Virus record (IMG/VR): IMGVR_UViG_3300050821_005889
From: a virus
Direction: 5' to 3' (one strand)
DNA length: 64,000 nucleotides
Shown: positions 63,753 to 64,000 of the stretch, one piece after another
How positions within the stretch are numbered: position 1 is the first letter of the stretch
Layout of the letters: each line of letters opens with the position of its first letter
Notes under the pieces: model-generated
Told to the model about the DNA's origin: nothing
The model's input: only the letters and a program-made list of their open reading frames with translations
The model's database searches: none
Position numbers and translations under genes: made by a program

Positions 63753-64000
63753 TTAATAGCCGTCGCCGTAGCCGTTGCCGTCGCCGTTGCCGTCGCCGTA
63801 GCCGTAGCCGTAGCCGTAGCCGTTGCCGTAGCCGTTGCCGTTGCCGTAGCCGTTGCCGTTGCCGTCGCCGTTGCCGTCGCCGTTGCCGTAGCCGTCGCCG
63901 TAGCCGTCGCCGTTGCCGTCGCCGTAGCCGTTGCCGTTGCCGTAGCCGTCGCCGTAGCCGTTGCCGTTGCCGTCGCCGTAAGTATTTTGGCTATCCTCGA
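63753..64000 (-). CDS. Partial CDS (N-terminus outside the window) ending in a (Tyr/Asp/Asn-Gly)x37 dipeptide-repeat tail
   Basis: Own translation of the minus strand: ...EDSQNT-(YG/DG/NG)x37-Y-stop. Stop codon at 63753-63755, 10 nt before the next start. Not in the ORF track because no start lies in the window. Confidence 0.55.
   Translation of the reverse strand, partial: EDSQNTYGDGNGNGYGDGYGNGNGYGDGNGDGYGDGYGNGDGNGDGNGNGYGNGNGYGNGYGYGYGYGDGNGDGNGYGDGY
63759..63980. repeat. Perfect-phase hexanucleotide tandem array (GCCGTN)x37
   Basis: Counted by hand: 37 units, N = A 13 times, C 10 times, T 14 times, never G. No indels. Confidence 0.9.

Noticed and set aside
63759-63980. Tandem repeat considered as a CRISPR array or as a diversity-generating-retroelement variable region (variation restricted to the first base of NAC codons)
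   Set aside because: The units are 6 nt with no spacers, so it is not CRISPR. No reverse transcriptase or template repeat copy is present anywhere in the window, and the variation lies between tandem units rather than between a TR/VR pair.

Overview
The window reads as a nearly gene-saturated genome segment of a tailed phage. The host is probably in Bacteroidota: there are no Shine-Dalgarno leaders, TAnnTTTG -7 boxes recur, and there is a DUF5675 protein and an SprB/Ig-type repeat protein. No integrase, rRNA or CRISPR array is visible.

Layout:
- 1-9801: a leftward array of about 35 small genes. It ends in an isonitrile-synthase (PvcA/IsnA/DIT1-like) gene that is cut by the window edge.
- 9802-11352: a 1.55 kb coding desert with a dense TACC/GGTWACC box array and GC-rich palindromes.
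- 11353-36950: a rightward block. It holds wHTH paralogs, a MazG-like protein, scaffold, major capsid, an HNH homing endonuclease, a 1702-aa structural protein and a 249/598/1758-aa trio resembling ejection proteins.
- 37193-46557: a leftward block. It holds a DUF5675 gene plus membrane proteins (candidate lysis cassette), a repeat-rich tail fibre, a DnaA-C-like HTH, a RuvC-like resolvase and a second HNH.
- 46649-46805: a tRNA(CAU) gene preceded, with no spacer, by a circularly permuted tRNA-like element.
- 46917-61671: a second rightward morphogenesis block. It holds a Big_2 protein, an XRE HTH, portal, a secreted metzincin-like protease, fibre-like proteins and the large terminase.
- 61883-64000: more leftward small genes. 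The last one encodes a (Tyr/Asp/Asn-Gly)x37 tail from a perfect (GCCGTN)x37 array.

All functional calls rest on motifs I read myself. No database search was run.
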